Source: a virus (Duplodnaviria; Caudoviricetes). From it: 60,155 nucleotides of DNA. The stretch is taken from the IMG/VR virus record IMGVR_UViG_3300025277_000021, positions 1-60,155 of that record, one strand, 5' to 3'. Under the pieces are notes generated by a model. That model was not told the origin of the DNA, made no database searches, and saw only the letters and a program-made list of their open reading frames with translations. Below, in pieces: positions 43,555-54,100 of the stretch (its first letter is position 1; every line of letters begins with the position of its first letter). Made by a program: the position numbers and the translations under genes.

Positions 43555-44379
43555 TTAAAGCCTCGCTGCTTGGACATGCATCCAGTCGTAATTGCGGGCA
43601 CGGCCAAGGGACAGCCATCCCTCGCTTTCCCAACAGCGCCAAAATTCAACGCATTCTGAGGTTGCCAGTTTCGCGCGATCATTGCCCCACTTCAAACGAT
43701 TGCGTTCTGGGTCAGTATCAATTGCAATGCCCCAAGCATGTGTGGATAGTGTGCTGCCACCACGCTTTTTACGGAAGTTATAGCAGCCACCAAATAAGTC
43801 AAAGCCCAAACGTTCAATATCGGCTTGCGAATAAGCGCTGGCGATTTTGGTATAGACACGCTCAGCACTGTCGGCGACCTTCTCATGACAGCTAAAGCGG
43901 GTTATACTTTGGCTCTTGTCCCACGCAATTTTCATGGTGAAAGGTAAATTGACTTTGCCAGCAGTGCATTGTGGGCCACCGGCTTCGCCATAAAACCTGG
44001 TCATATCCTGGCCCGTTTGATTTGGCCAGGGAGTAATATTCAGCTCTGGTTGGGCAGCTTCCTCATTATCGCGCCAACTGGACGGGCGACGGCCATTGGC
44101 CTGAGTTGCCTCCCAAAGGCTCAAGGCATATTCTGTGTCAGGGCCATACAAACCATCGATCGGCCCGACTTCCTCGAAGCCCGCATATTTCAGTATCAAC
44201 TGGGCCGCTGCAACAGCCCGACGAGCCTGGCTCCATTTGCGACTGCCCACGGCAAGTTCATTGGCGCGCCTGTCCAGTATTTTGTTGACAGCAGCAACAG
44301 ATTTTGGGCCCATATCATTCAGGTCCCCATTGTAATATCCAGCAGCTGTGAGCAGCTGGTTGATTGAGCGTATATTCAT
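43555..44379 (-). CDS. Endolysin: peptidoglycan-binding domain plus M15-family peptidase
   Basis: DGLYGPDT PG-binding motif; YNFR, STHAWGIAID, DWMHVQ Zn-peptidase motifs. Confidence 0.85.
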   Translation of the reverse strand: MNIRSINQLLTAAGYYNGDLNDMGPKSVAAVNKILDRRANELAVGSRKWSQARRAVAAAQLILKYAGFEEVGPIDGLYGPDTEYALSLWEATQANGRRPSSWRDNEEAAQPELNITPWPNQTGQDMTRFYGEAGGPQCTAGKVNLPFTMKIAWDKSQSITRFSCHEKVADSAERVYTKIASAYSQADIERLGFDLFGGCYNFRKKRGGSTLSTHAWGIAIDTDPERNRLKWGNDRAKLATSECVEFWRCWESEGWLSLGRARNYDWMHVQAARL

Positions 44380-44390
44380 GTCTGTCTCCT

Positions 44391-45113
44391 TTATGAGGTT
44401 GCAGCCCCAAGCTGAAGGTACTGGATTGAAACGGTGACTGCGCCGCCAGTAAAGTCTCCGCCGTTAGCCGTAAGCGTGACAGGGGTATTGGAATAAAAGG
44501 CTGTTGGCCCGATAACCCCAATATTGCTAGCCCCGGGGGTAATACCCAGCGAACCGCCATAGGCGCTCTGAGAGCCTCCCGAGGGACCGCAATCGTAGCT
44601 GGTCGCTCCGGTAATATCTGCGGTGGTCAAGGTGGATACCCCGAGCAGCACACATCGTGCCGGGATAACAATCGAAGTATCGACCGAGGGTCCCGTCAAG
44701 CCAGTAAGCTCTTCTTCATTGATGCCCATTTGCAAAGATGCGCCATTTGGGCTAATAACGCCAGCGCCAGCGTCGTCCTCGCCTTCGGCAGACCAAGCGC
44801 CCATGCTGAAGCGACAGGCAACAGCCTCGTCTTCAACCCAGCAGAGCCAACCTTCGTTTGGCGCATAAAAGACCCAGCCGTTGCCGTCATAGAGGGCAAT
44901 ATTATTGGCTTTACCCAGCCAGTCGCTCGAAGCAGGGCTGGCAACAAGGTACGTGTCACCCAAAGTTGGGTTGCTTGGCGGCGCGCCCAAATCGCGGTCT
45001 AGCACCGAGAGCTGGACAAGGGTGTCAATGGTAGCCAAAGCCTCATTGAAGGTTACGTGCTTCTGAGACTGGCTTGCAGTCATTTCGGGAATATTCAGTT
45101 TAGTGGTGCTCAT
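44391..45113 (-). CDS. DUF2793 tail fibre / baseplate protein (GTA-like)
   Basis: SQSQKHVTFNEAL..D.LVQL, W.F..P..GW..WVEDE. Confidence 0.85.
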   Translation of the reverse strand: MSTTKLNIPEMTASQSQKHVTFNEALATIDTLVQLSVLDRDLGAPPSNPTLGDTYLVASPASSDWLGKANNIALYDGNGWVFYAPNEGWLCWVEDEAVACRFSMGAWSAEGEDDAGAGVISPNGASLQMGINEEELTGLTGPSVDTSIVIPARCVLLGVSTLTTADITGATSYDCGPSGGSQSAYGGSLGITPGASNIGVIGPTAFYSNTPVTLTANGGDFTGGAVTVSIQYLQLGAATS

Positions 45114-48100
45114 CGTTCAATAATCTCCTCAGCTTTGATACCGCGACCAACGGTGGCACTCATTTGATAGACCCTAATCTTAATCTGGTCTGTTTGAACG
45201 GCGCCAAAGTCCGCGATTTGCATGGCCTCTGTGTAAGTGTACGCCGGCGATGCCAGGTCTGTAACCTCGCGAACAACTGTCGAGCCGTCCATGATTTCTA
45301 GTTCATAGCTCTCAGTCTCTTCGTTAAGTGGTACGCTGGCCAGTTCCCATGGGTCCCCTTCAAAGCGTGTACGACGTACCCAAGAAAGAGCAATATCATT
45401 GCTGGTGCTCAGGTGCCAGCGAGCTTTTAGGTGAACCGGGGCATAGGGCTTTTTGGCCATAGCCTCGTGCCGGAAGCTTGTTTCCAAATACGCCGTATCG
45501 TCCTCAAGAGCTTTGTAGGCGCTGCCAAACCTCACGTCAATTACGGTATCACGTGCGCTAGGTGCAAGTGGCAAATATGGTGCCGTAGTCGGATCGATAG
45601 AGAATTGGTTCTCCATAAATACAAATGCGGCACCAGCGTTAAACGACGCCTCGTCCATAACCCATTCAGTGCCAAGCTGGCCACGAATAAGCCCGCTAAG
45701 AACGTAGTCCCCGCTGGATGTCAACGTTGCAGTGGTGTACTGAAAAATTTCCCAGTGCCCTTCCGCGTTCTGCATAGCACAGGTATTTTCCCCGTTCAGA
45801 ACCCGCTCTTCGCTAGCGGCGCTTGGCATTGTGCCACCAAGCAAAGTGACAGTAATGGTTTGGTTACGCAACCAAACCCCTGTCTTTGCCGGCTCAACAC
45901 TTTGGACCAAAAAGCCCATAGTGTTATTGACACTAAGAGTTCTGCCCAACTGCCATTCTTCGCTGTCTGGGCTTGGGTCGTCGTCCCTAAAGACGTTGAC
46001 GTTCCCAGGCCATGGCGAAGCAAAGGTTGCCAGCCGCGGCGACCAGTCAGACGGTTCGTTTCCAGAAAAGAGCGGAATGTCCATAACATAGAGTTCCGGG
46101 AAGCCAGGCACTCGAGTGACAGCCGCAGCCTTGTATTGAGGCGGATAGACTGGAAGCGTGAACAGGCTCATATCGAAAGACTGGAAAGATACCTCATGGA
46201 ACTCGCCGGTATCAATAGACTGAATACGCCCCTGGCCCACCCGGTCACCGATCGGGAAAACAATGCCGTCACCCGGGTCAAGCCGAAAGAACGACGGCGG
46301 CAGGTTCAACGCCCCGTTTTCACGGGCGGCCCAGGCCTGGTGCAGAATACTGTCAGCCAGCCCGCGAACATAGTCTGGAGCCAGAGACTGTGGAAGCTGG
46401 ATAGTAGAAACGTCGCTGTTGTTGGTTTGATGGCGCTTTGCATCAAGCGAGGACACCTCATAATCATTATAGGCGTCGATAAAGTCCACAATCACGCTTT
46501 TGGGCAGTTCACTGTCCTGCGCTCGCGTAATGGTAAAACCAAGCGGGTCATTTTCAGTGGACACAAAGTCATCAGTGTAAAGGACCGTCATGCTGGTCGA
46601 CGACTTAAGGGCAAATTTGATCTTGCCCTCACTTTCAAACGCATCGAATTGGAACCCAGTCATAAGAGATGCGATAGCATCCCGAGGAGCAGTAATGCCC
46701 TCGATATGGTAGCCTTTCACAAGGCCCTGGGTGCCATTTAGCTGCGTTGTATCAACGTCCGTTACACCGACTTCGGCACAGAGCTTCTCAACCAGGCGTG
46801 GGAGCGCAGGATAAGCATTGCGGCCTGTCATCCAGTGCCCATAGCGCCACAAGTCGCCGTCACTCCAAACGTCCATACGCGTAGGGTACTCAGGGAACGG
46901 GCGTGCGTCCCAGCACCAAATAAACATGTTGTCAATATCCAACATGCCAGCTGGAGCTTCGTCGCGCCAGTACTGAAGCATAGCCTCGGCGTAAACGCGG
47001 GAGATATACTCGTCCTGCTGCCCGCTTGAGTAGTACGGCAGGAAGCTTTCCGAGGACTTAGGGTCATAGAACACATTGGGCTGGTTTGTGCCCTTGTCTG
47101 CACAGGGGCAACCAAACTCAGTGAACCAGATAGGCTTAGAGCCTGGGGTGTATTCTGTGGGAGTTGCCGCTTCTGATCCGCCAGGGCGGTTATAATGAGC
47201 ATTTGCCCACCAGTTGCGAATGTCCTTCTGACGGTAAACCCAGGGCTTGCCGGCGCTATCAGTAATCGGGGTCCTGATTTGACGGTCTCGGGCGTCCATA
47301 TCCTCATAGTACCAGTCATAATACTCACCACCCTCAATATTCGACTTCAAGTAGTCAATATTGTGGGGTGAGACAACCCCGTTGTCTGCGTCGTAGTCAA
47401 GATGGGTTGTACCATCGCGCCAGTCAGACAATGGCAGGTAGTTATCAATCCCGATAAAATCGATGTTAGGGTCTGCCCACAGAGGGTCAAGATGGAAGTA
47501 CACGTCGCCGGAGCCATCGCCGGGACGATGAGAATGGTACTCCGACCAGTCGGCTGCGTAACCCACCTTAGTATCAGGGCCCATGATGCCTTTGACGGTT
47601 GCCGCCAGCTTCTTGAACTCAGTTACCGCGGGGTAGGTGTTTTCAGATGATCTGATGGTCGTTGTGCCCACCATCTCAGTACCAATGATGAACGCGTCAA
47701 CGCCGCCAGCATGATCGCACAGGGCAGCATAGTGCTCAACCATGCGATTGAAGCCCCATTCACCATTGAAAAAATGATCTACCTGATCGGCTGCGGCTGC
47801 GGTCTTGTCGACAGACCCGGCAAAACCTGCCGCCGGACTACAGGTGATCCGACCGCGCCAGGGGAAGATTGGTTGACCGATGCTTTCGGCGTTGTCGCTG
47901 TACGGCGTCGGAAGCTCGTTGCCCTCAGTTACGTGCATGAAAACAAAAGGATAGAATACGACCCGGTGACCCCGTTCTTTGAGCCAGCGGATGGCCTCAA
48001 TCACTACATCATCTGACGGAGTGCCACCATAGATTGGATTGCCCTCGGCGTCACGTCCAACTTCTCGAGCGCCGTCTTGAGACCGCACCAGCTGGTTGAC

Positions 48101-49162
48101 GTTCCACTCGCGCGGGGTAACAATACCGGAGCGCTCCTTGTATTCCACGTAAGGGTGAATTTCGCATTCTCCAATACGCAGGTCATCTCCAAACCATCCA
48201 ACGACCAGCATAACTGCGTCAAGATTTGGCTGGAGCAACTCGAGCTGGGTCATAGAGCGGACAAAGTCGCTCTCACCATGCTGGTTGTGCATATTCATAT
48301 AAGTGGCTGGAGTACGGTCACTCTCGCGCTCAGGAATGAACAGCGGGTGGTTATCCCAGCTCCCGAACAAGCCGCCAAAGAAGGTGGACATCACATTGCG
48401 GGTGGCGCTTTGCAGGGTATAAACATCAGTCCCATAAACAAACTCGCCAGAGCCCGGGATAAGGCAGAACGAACGTCCAATATTAGAAATATCGTCGGGA
48501 TCGTTGGTTTCCATTGGAGCAATAAGCTCGGCGGTCACCTGGGGGATACGGTTGCTGAAGTCGGTTAGCTCAAAGTCTTCAAAGACAATGTAGGCCGTGC
48601 CCCGGAAAGCCGGGGTATTGTCCACGCCTTCAATACTTTGGATAACGGAGTCAGGCTCCTGGTCTTCAGTGCCACGATAGAACACTGTGGAGGCCAATGA
48701 GAGGTCAATCTCTTTGCCATCCATCCATAGGCGCCCTAGCTGAGTGCGTTCATTGCCCTCGCCAAATGCAACGGCAAAAGAGCAAGTGTAGGTATAGGTA
48801 GTGGTCTCGACCTTTTGACCGCCGCCCCCTTTGCCACCTACCTCTTCACGCTCAACGGACTTGGTCTCTTTGAACCGGGCAGACCAGATGAGGTTCCCAC
48901 CAACTCGCATAATGCCATAGAGGCGGCCAACAGAGGCCCCCTCAGATGATTGCATTACCGTGATTTCTTGCAGTCTAGGTCCCTCGTTCCGAATAGCCGG
49001 AGTGAGGGAGGAGATAATCATGTTATCAACCATACCACCAACAGCTGCACCGATTGAGCCACCAATCGATGCTGCTGTTAGGGTTGCCCCGAGCATGGTG
49101 ATACTACCACCAATCGCCGTACCAATTGCTGTACCGACAAGACCTAGGGCAAGAGTAGCCAT
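45110..49162 (-). CDS. GTA-like megatron / host-specificity tail protein (GTA TIM-barrel domain)
   Basis: 1350 aa; YGGTPSD, FPWRGRIT, YAADWSEY, KPIWFTEFGC..DKGTNQPNVF, WDARPFP, RGQLGTE. Confidence 0.9.
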   Translation of the reverse strand: MATLALGLVGTAIGTAIGGSITMLGATLTAASIGGSIGAAVGGMVDNMIISSLTPAIRNEGPRLQEITVMQSSEGASVGRLYGIMRVGGNLIWSARFKETKSVEREEVGGKGGGGQKVETTTYTYTCSFAVAFGEGNERTQLGRLWMDGKEIDLSLASTVFYRGTEDQEPDSVIQSIEGVDNTPAFRGTAYIVFEDFELTDFSNRIPQVTAELIAPMETNDPDDISNIGRSFCLIPGSGEFVYGTDVYTLQSATRNVMSTFFGGLFGSWDNHPLFIPERESDRTPATYMNMHNQHGESDFVRSMTQLELLQPNLDAVMLVVGWFGDDLRIGECEIHPYVEYKERSGIVTPREWNVNQLVRSQDGAREVGRDAEGNPIYGGTPSDDVVIEAIRWLKERGHRVVFYPFVFMHVTEGNELPTPYSDNAESIGQPIFPWRGRITCSPAAGFAGSVDKTAAAADQVDHFFNGEWGFNRMVEHYAALCDHAGGVDAFIIGTEMVGTTTIRSSENTYPAVTEFKKLAATVKGIMGPDTKVGYAADWSEYHSHRPGDGSGDVYFHLDPLWADPNIDFIGIDNYLPLSDWRDGTTHLDYDADNGVVSPHNIDYLKSNIEGGEYYDWYYEDMDARDRQIRTPITDSAGKPWVYRQKDIRNWWANAHYNRPGGSEAATPTEYTPGSKPIWFTEFGCPCADKGTNQPNVFYDPKSSESFLPYYSSGQQDEYISRVYAEAMLQYWRDEAPAGMLDIDNMFIWCWDARPFPEYPTRMDVWSDGDLWRYGHWMTGRNAYPALPRLVEKLCAEVGVTDVDTTQLNGTQGLVKGYHIEGITAPRDAIASLMTGFQFDAFESEGKIKFALKSSTSMTVLYTDDFVSTENDPLGFTITRAQDSELPKSVIVDFIDAYNDYEVSSLDAKRHQTNNSDVSTIQLPQSLAPDYVRGLADSILHQAWAARENGALNLPPSFFRLDPGDGIVFPIGDRVGQGRIQSIDTGEFHEVSFQSFDMSLFTLPVYPPQYKAAAVTRVPGFPELYVMDIPLFSGNEPSDWSPRLATFASPWPGNVNVFRDDDPSPDSEEWQLGRTLSVNNTMGFLVQSVEPAKTGVWLRNQTITVTLLGGTMPSAASEERVLNGENTCAMQNAEGHWEIFQYTTATLTSSGDYVLSGLIRGQLGTEWVMDEASFNAGAAFVFMENQFSIDPTTAPYLPLAPSARDTVIDVRFGSAYKALEDDTAYLETSFRHEAMAKKPYAPVHLKARWHLSTSNDIALSWVRRTRFEGDPWELASVPLNEETESYELEIMDGSTVVREVTDLASPAYTYTEAMQIADFGAVQTDQIKIRVYQMSATVGRGIKAEEIIER

Positions 49163-49164
49163 TT

Positions 49165-49599
49165 TTAATCCTCAACGTTTGGGAACTTAAAGGCTGCAAC
49201 GACCTTAGGCTCCCATCTTTTACCAAGGGTCACCTCATAGACCTTATGGCCGCTATGGGAATGAACCATATCTGTTTCATTGGTCATGATGCCACAGTGC
49301 CACGCTACCAACTTAGGGTGGGCCCTGAACACCAGAATGACCGCGGGCCCGCGTGTTTCAACGGGAACTTCGACCAAGTACTCTCTTGCAGCCTCAAGCA
49401 TGGTCTCACCGCCTGAGGTGCGGCGAGGAGGTCGACCCCGAGTTACTGGGACAGCAATTGGCTCAGCCCCTAGCATCTCAGCATAAACGCCCCGAATAAG
49501 ACCAAGGCAATCGCACCCTTGACCCTTAACCGCCATTATGTTATGATACGGTGTTCCGATCCAAGAGCGAGCCAGTGTTACAACGTCCTGCGCTTGCAT
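49165..49599 (-). CDS. NlpC/P60 cell-wall peptidase (GTA g14-like)
   Basis: ARSWIGTPYH...GCDCLGLIRGV...HCGI. Confidence 0.9.
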   Translation of the reverse strand: MQAQDVVTLARSWIGTPYHNIMAVKGQGCDCLGLIRGVYAEMLGAEPIAVPVTRGRPPRRTSGGETMLEAAREYLVEVPVETRGPAVILVFRAHPKLVAWHCGIMTNETDMVHSHSGHKVYEVTLGKRWEPKVVAAFKFPNVED

Positions 49600-49614
49600 T
49601 TAAGGTCTCCTTAG

Positions 49615-50511
49615 TTAATTGAACAGAGATTTACCGTCCAAATTATCATCACCAATTTTTGGATAGAACAGCAGCATGTCCGGACCTGGAATGAGATTGA
49701 AGCCGCGGAAGTTGGCAATGTTATTGAACTTTTTCTGACAGGTCGCCGCATCTTGCTTGCAGCCCACCGTGATCACGAAGGTATCTCCGGGAGCTACGGT
49801 ATCTGGCATTGGCTGCCATAGCTCAATAGTGGCTACTCCGTCAAGCATACTGTGGAATTTAACTTCCATGCCTGCGCCGGCATTGTCTCCGGAAGTCCAA
49901 TTCAGCATACCCGCTTCAAACCAGTCAGAAGCAAAGTCCGCCAGGCCGGTAACGGTAAATACACGACTGCTGCTTGCCTGGTCAACGGCACCCGTACCTC
50001 GGTAGGCGGGGTTTGTCAGGTCGACTTTGCAGCGGGCATCACCAATAATAGCATTGCAATAGCGCTGATACTTGCGCCCTACTTTTTGCTGAAGCATATT
50101 GGACAGGCCGCGCATCTCCGCAGAGAACATTCCTCCGTGGCGCTTGACCTCACCAATATAGCCTTTGCTCTTAAGGTGCCGCTGAGACACGTCGCTCCAG
50201 TTCACCCAGAAAACCTCCACAACAGCGTTGTCATAGAAGCCCTTAACCAAATCAGTTTCATTGATATTGCTGGAAGACAACGCCCCTTCAACCTCAAAGT
50301 TATCAACTGCCAAGCCTAGGCTAGAGGCAAATTGAGAGGCTGTGAACCCAGTAGCCGCTTCGTAGGTCACCCCATCAAAAGTCAGGTCATTGTCGTGGTC
50401 AGTGAACCCTTGGACAAGGCCGTCGTTACGAGTGATTTTCCAGCAGTACACCATTTTGGTGGCACGGCCGTCTAGGTGGGTTTGCAACCCGGGGCTTACA
50501 GATTTGACCAT
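49615..50511 (-). CDS. Baseplate hub protein (DUF2163, GTA g13-like)
   Basis: GFTDHD.DL, C....GD..C, GC.....TC..KF.N..NFRGF..IPG.D. Confidence 0.9.
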   Translation of the reverse strand: MVKSVSPGLQTHLDGRATKMVYCWKITRNDGLVQGFTDHDNDLTFDGVTYEAATGFTASQFASSLGLAVDNFEVEGALSSSNINETDLVKGFYDNAVVEVFWVNWSDVSQRHLKSKGYIGEVKRHGGMFSAEMRGLSNMLQQKVGRKYQRYCNAIIGDARCKVDLTNPAYRGTGAVDQASSSRVFTVTGLADFASDWFEAGMLNWTSGDNAGAGMEVKFHSMLDGVATIELWQPMPDTVAPGDTFVITVGCKQDAATCQKKFNNIANFRGFNLIPGPDMLLFYPKIGDDNLDGKSLFN

Positions 50512-51143
50512 TAGACTTTAACCTCGATTACGTTTACTTGGGGCACCTGGCCCACGTTGAACAAATCCACGGTAACGTCAATATGGTCGTTTGTAAACCT
50601 CACAGGAACATCAAACTCAAAGCCCACGCGCACTTCAGCGTTGTTTGCTGGAGGATTGTTGAAAGTGAGAAGACCAGTCTCTGGGTTTACAGAATAATAA
50701 GCCTGGCTAACTGGGGCCCCGTCCACTTCGACCACAACTGTTCCATTTACCGGCTTTTTAATGGTGCGGGTGTAGGCAGACGGGCCGGAGATATAGGTTT
50801 TCACCAGTTGAAACTGAGTGCGAACCCCGTCGCCGAAGCCAACTCCTTGGTCGCTGCTGGATACTCTCTGTGTAGGAGGACAGGATTTATAATCTGCCCA
50901 GTCTTTCCATCGAAAGCCGTACAGACGCCCTAGACGTGCTTCAAAGAAGGCAAGGACATCATGCAAGTCATCGAGGTTGCGGATGCCCAAGCCAGCGTCG
51001 TACTCTCGACGGCTGTCAGCCCAAACAGAGTTGCGCTCTTCATACCCGGAACGAAGGGTAACCACATCAGTGCGACGCCGTGGGCCCCCTGAGGACCCAC
51101 GGCTTACGGACGTTGGAAACTGGATTTCGTGAAAGTCAGCCAT
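50511..51143 (-). CDS. Distal tail protein (DUF2460, GTA g12-like)
   Basis: FHEIQFP...SGGP.R.T, FFEAR.G.L.GFRWKDW.D, GFEFDVPVRF. Confidence 0.9.
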   Translation of the reverse strand: MADFHEIQFPTSVSRGSSGGPRRRTDVVTLRSGYEERNSVWADSRREYDAGLGIRNLDDLHDVLAFFEARLGRLYGFRWKDWADYKSCPPTQRVSSSDQGVGFGDGVRTQFQLVKTYISGPSAYTRTIKKPVNGTVVVEVDGAPVSQAYYSVNPETGLLTFNNPPANNAEVRVGFEFDVPVRFTNDHIDVTVDLFNVGQVPQVNVIEVKV

Positions 51144-54100
51144 TAGCTATTCCTTTGTCCTCTTGCCAGCATACGCTGGGCTCTTGCCGCCATTTGACCC
51201 TCAGATCGGCGGAAGCTCTCGGCGTCTGGGGTAGTGATGTTGAACACCACGGTACCATTACCATTTGAAGCCTCTTTGCCGGCAGGTGTGACCTGGACAC
51301 GCTCGCCACGAGAGGCTCGGAAGGCAACGACGTTCTTGTCCACGCCACCGGTGCCACCAACCATAAAGTCGGCCCCTTCGTTATGTCCTGGAAGGGCACT
51401 TGCAGCCTTGGCCGCTGAAGCTCCCGGGATAAGCCCGTCCAAAATGCCGCCAAAGAAGTCTTTCAATGGAGCGATAACCATCATTTGCATTCCGATTTGA
51501 GCCAAGTCTTTGATAACCGAAGAGGCGAACTCGCTGAACTTGAAAGTGCCGTTCTCAACAAAGGTATTCAAAGAGCTTTCCATATTATTGAAAACCGCGT
51601 CATTGATGGAGTCAATAAGCTCCATGCGCTTTTCAAGCTGGCTAAGCGCATCAGCTTGAGCCCGGATAAGCTCAACGTCTTTTTGAGCTAGGATGGTGCT
51701 TTCCTGCTGCGCAATCTTTAGGGCGCTCATGAGAAGCTCTTGCTCCCGCATACCCTGAGTATTCCGCATGATATTCTCAAAGCGGGTTTCCAGCTCCTGG
51801 TTGATAAGCTCAATGGTCTTGAGATAGTCTTTGGACTGGCCTGACCGATCGGAGCCCATGAACCGGTTATTCTGGCTTTTGGGAGTAACCGAGACTTGCT
51901 CACCTTTGGACGCCCAGAAAGCAATGAGGTTCTGGTCAATGCCGCCGTTCCCGCCGACTGTGAAAGAGCCGCCCGAGTTGAGGGTCATAAGACCATTTGT
52001 CCCCATCTGGTCTCGCGTAACGCCGGGGCGGTACGAAGCCATAATTGGAGCATTTGTATTACTGGGGGCTTCCATATTGTTGATAATGGAAGCCGCCCCT
52101 GCAGCCCGGATAAGTTGGTCCGCAAACCCTCGCGCTCCCTCTTCAAGAGGAACAAAGTTGATCTTATCCAGTGTTGCCTCAGTTTCAACAGTCGCGCCCG
52201 CAGCGCCCTCAAGGGGAGTGCGGAAACGTTCTGCCTCTGTGGCAAGTTCATTGAGACGCTCGGTATTGGCGCCAAGAGCCTCCATCATTGAGCTTTCCAG
52301 GTCTCGGGCATCTTGCAATGCCTTCAGTAGGTCAGCGGTATCGGAAATCCAGCTGGAGCCACGAACCAAGTTACCCGCCATTTGAGCGGACTCAAGCCCG
52401 GCTTGCAAGGCCCGCAAAGCCTCAACTTTTTCGGGCAAGCTTTGGGCCTCTGCTGCCGCAGCAATCTCAGTGTCCAGCCCACCAATAGCCTCGGCGATGT
52501 TAGCCAATTGCTCTTCGGCTTGCTTTAGCCAGTGCGATGCTTGCTCAGTCGGTGCCTCTGAAAGATCATCGGGCAAAGCGTCAATAGCGACCGCCAGGTC
52601 AGAAACTGCCGCTTCAACTTCAGGTCCGACACCACGAACCCGTTCAACTGCTTTATAGAAGTCTTCAATGGTACCCGTACCATCTTGAACTGCGGAAAGC
52701 AGGTTATACAGGTTTTCAATATCAGCACTGCGGAAAGACCACATGTCTTCGCCGCCATTATCAAAGTCACGGAACCCGCCCATGCTGGCAATCTCGTCCA
52801 TGGCCGCGCGAATGTTATCCATATTGAATGGATTAAAGCCCGTGCCGTTGATCTCGCTTTCCATGCCTTTGATTTCGTCTTGCAGAGCACCAAGCGAGGC
52901 TTGCAGTTCAGCACGAGACTGGCGGAGCATGGCTTCAGTGGTCAGGTTAACAACCCCACCAAGTTCAGCCTGTTCCTGTTTGGTGATTTTGATGGCCTCG
53001 TTATACTTCTGAAGGGCATCAACACCGTCGCCCATGACCTCACGAAGCCGCTCAATCTTATCGGCAGCGGTCTCCGTATTCTGGTAAACAAAGAAGGCAA
53101 CGCCGGCTAGAGCGGCAAGACCGGCAACAATAGGCCCACCCATAAAGCCAATAGCCACCTTTAGCCCAGAGGCTGCCGTGGCCAAAGCTCCCACGCTGGT
53201 GGCCATTCGACCAACTGCAAGAATTTTGCTAGCCGTAAAGCCTACGCCCCAGGCAATGCCCAGGGAGAACAGAAGGTCAGCAAGTGGCTCAATGTTGTCG
53301 GAGATGAGCAAGATGGTATTGGCAACGGCCTCTGAGATGGTCTGAGCTTCTTCGGAAGTCGAGATATACTCGGTAAGCTTGTTCCGGAATACCGTAATCG
53401 ACTGACTGATGGTCGACGAGGTCTGTTCAAACATACCTGCGATCATCGGGTACTGCGACATGATGGCATTGAAGAATTGCTCTGAAGAAACCTCGCCCTC
53501 AATAACCATGCGACGCAAGCGAGCCACAGAACCACCAGCCTCGTCGATGCCTTTTGCCGCAGCCAGGGCAATTGGATAGGCGCCTTCAAGGATGGAGTTA
53601 AATTCTTCAGCCCGCACAATGTCAGTACCAATTGCCTGGGACAACTGAACCAGGGCACCTCGTGCCGTCTGAGCAGAGGAGCCTTGAACAGCCAGGCCCA
53701 TACCAACAGCTTCAACAAACTGAAGGACTTGCTTCTGGTCGACACCCAATTCGTTAGACGCCATCATGCCTTTTTGGAACAGCTGAGCTAGTTCTTCAAT
53801 TGGCGTTCTGGTACGACGGGCGATTGCATAAAGCTCCTCCATAGAGGCAGCTGCTTCCCCGTTAGTGTCGCTCACAATGTTGATGCGGTTGGCAACCACG
53901 GTTGCGCTATCTGCCAAGCGCATCATCTCCATGGCTACAACACTTGCACCGAAGGCGCCAACGTACCGGTTGAGGAGCAAGAACGGCTTGTTGGCGCCCC
54001 GGGCCGAGTCCCCAACACGATCTACCCCTTCGGCTAGATCACGAGAACCACGGGCGGCTCGTTCCACATCAGAGGCATAGCGATTGACCTCTGGAAGCGA

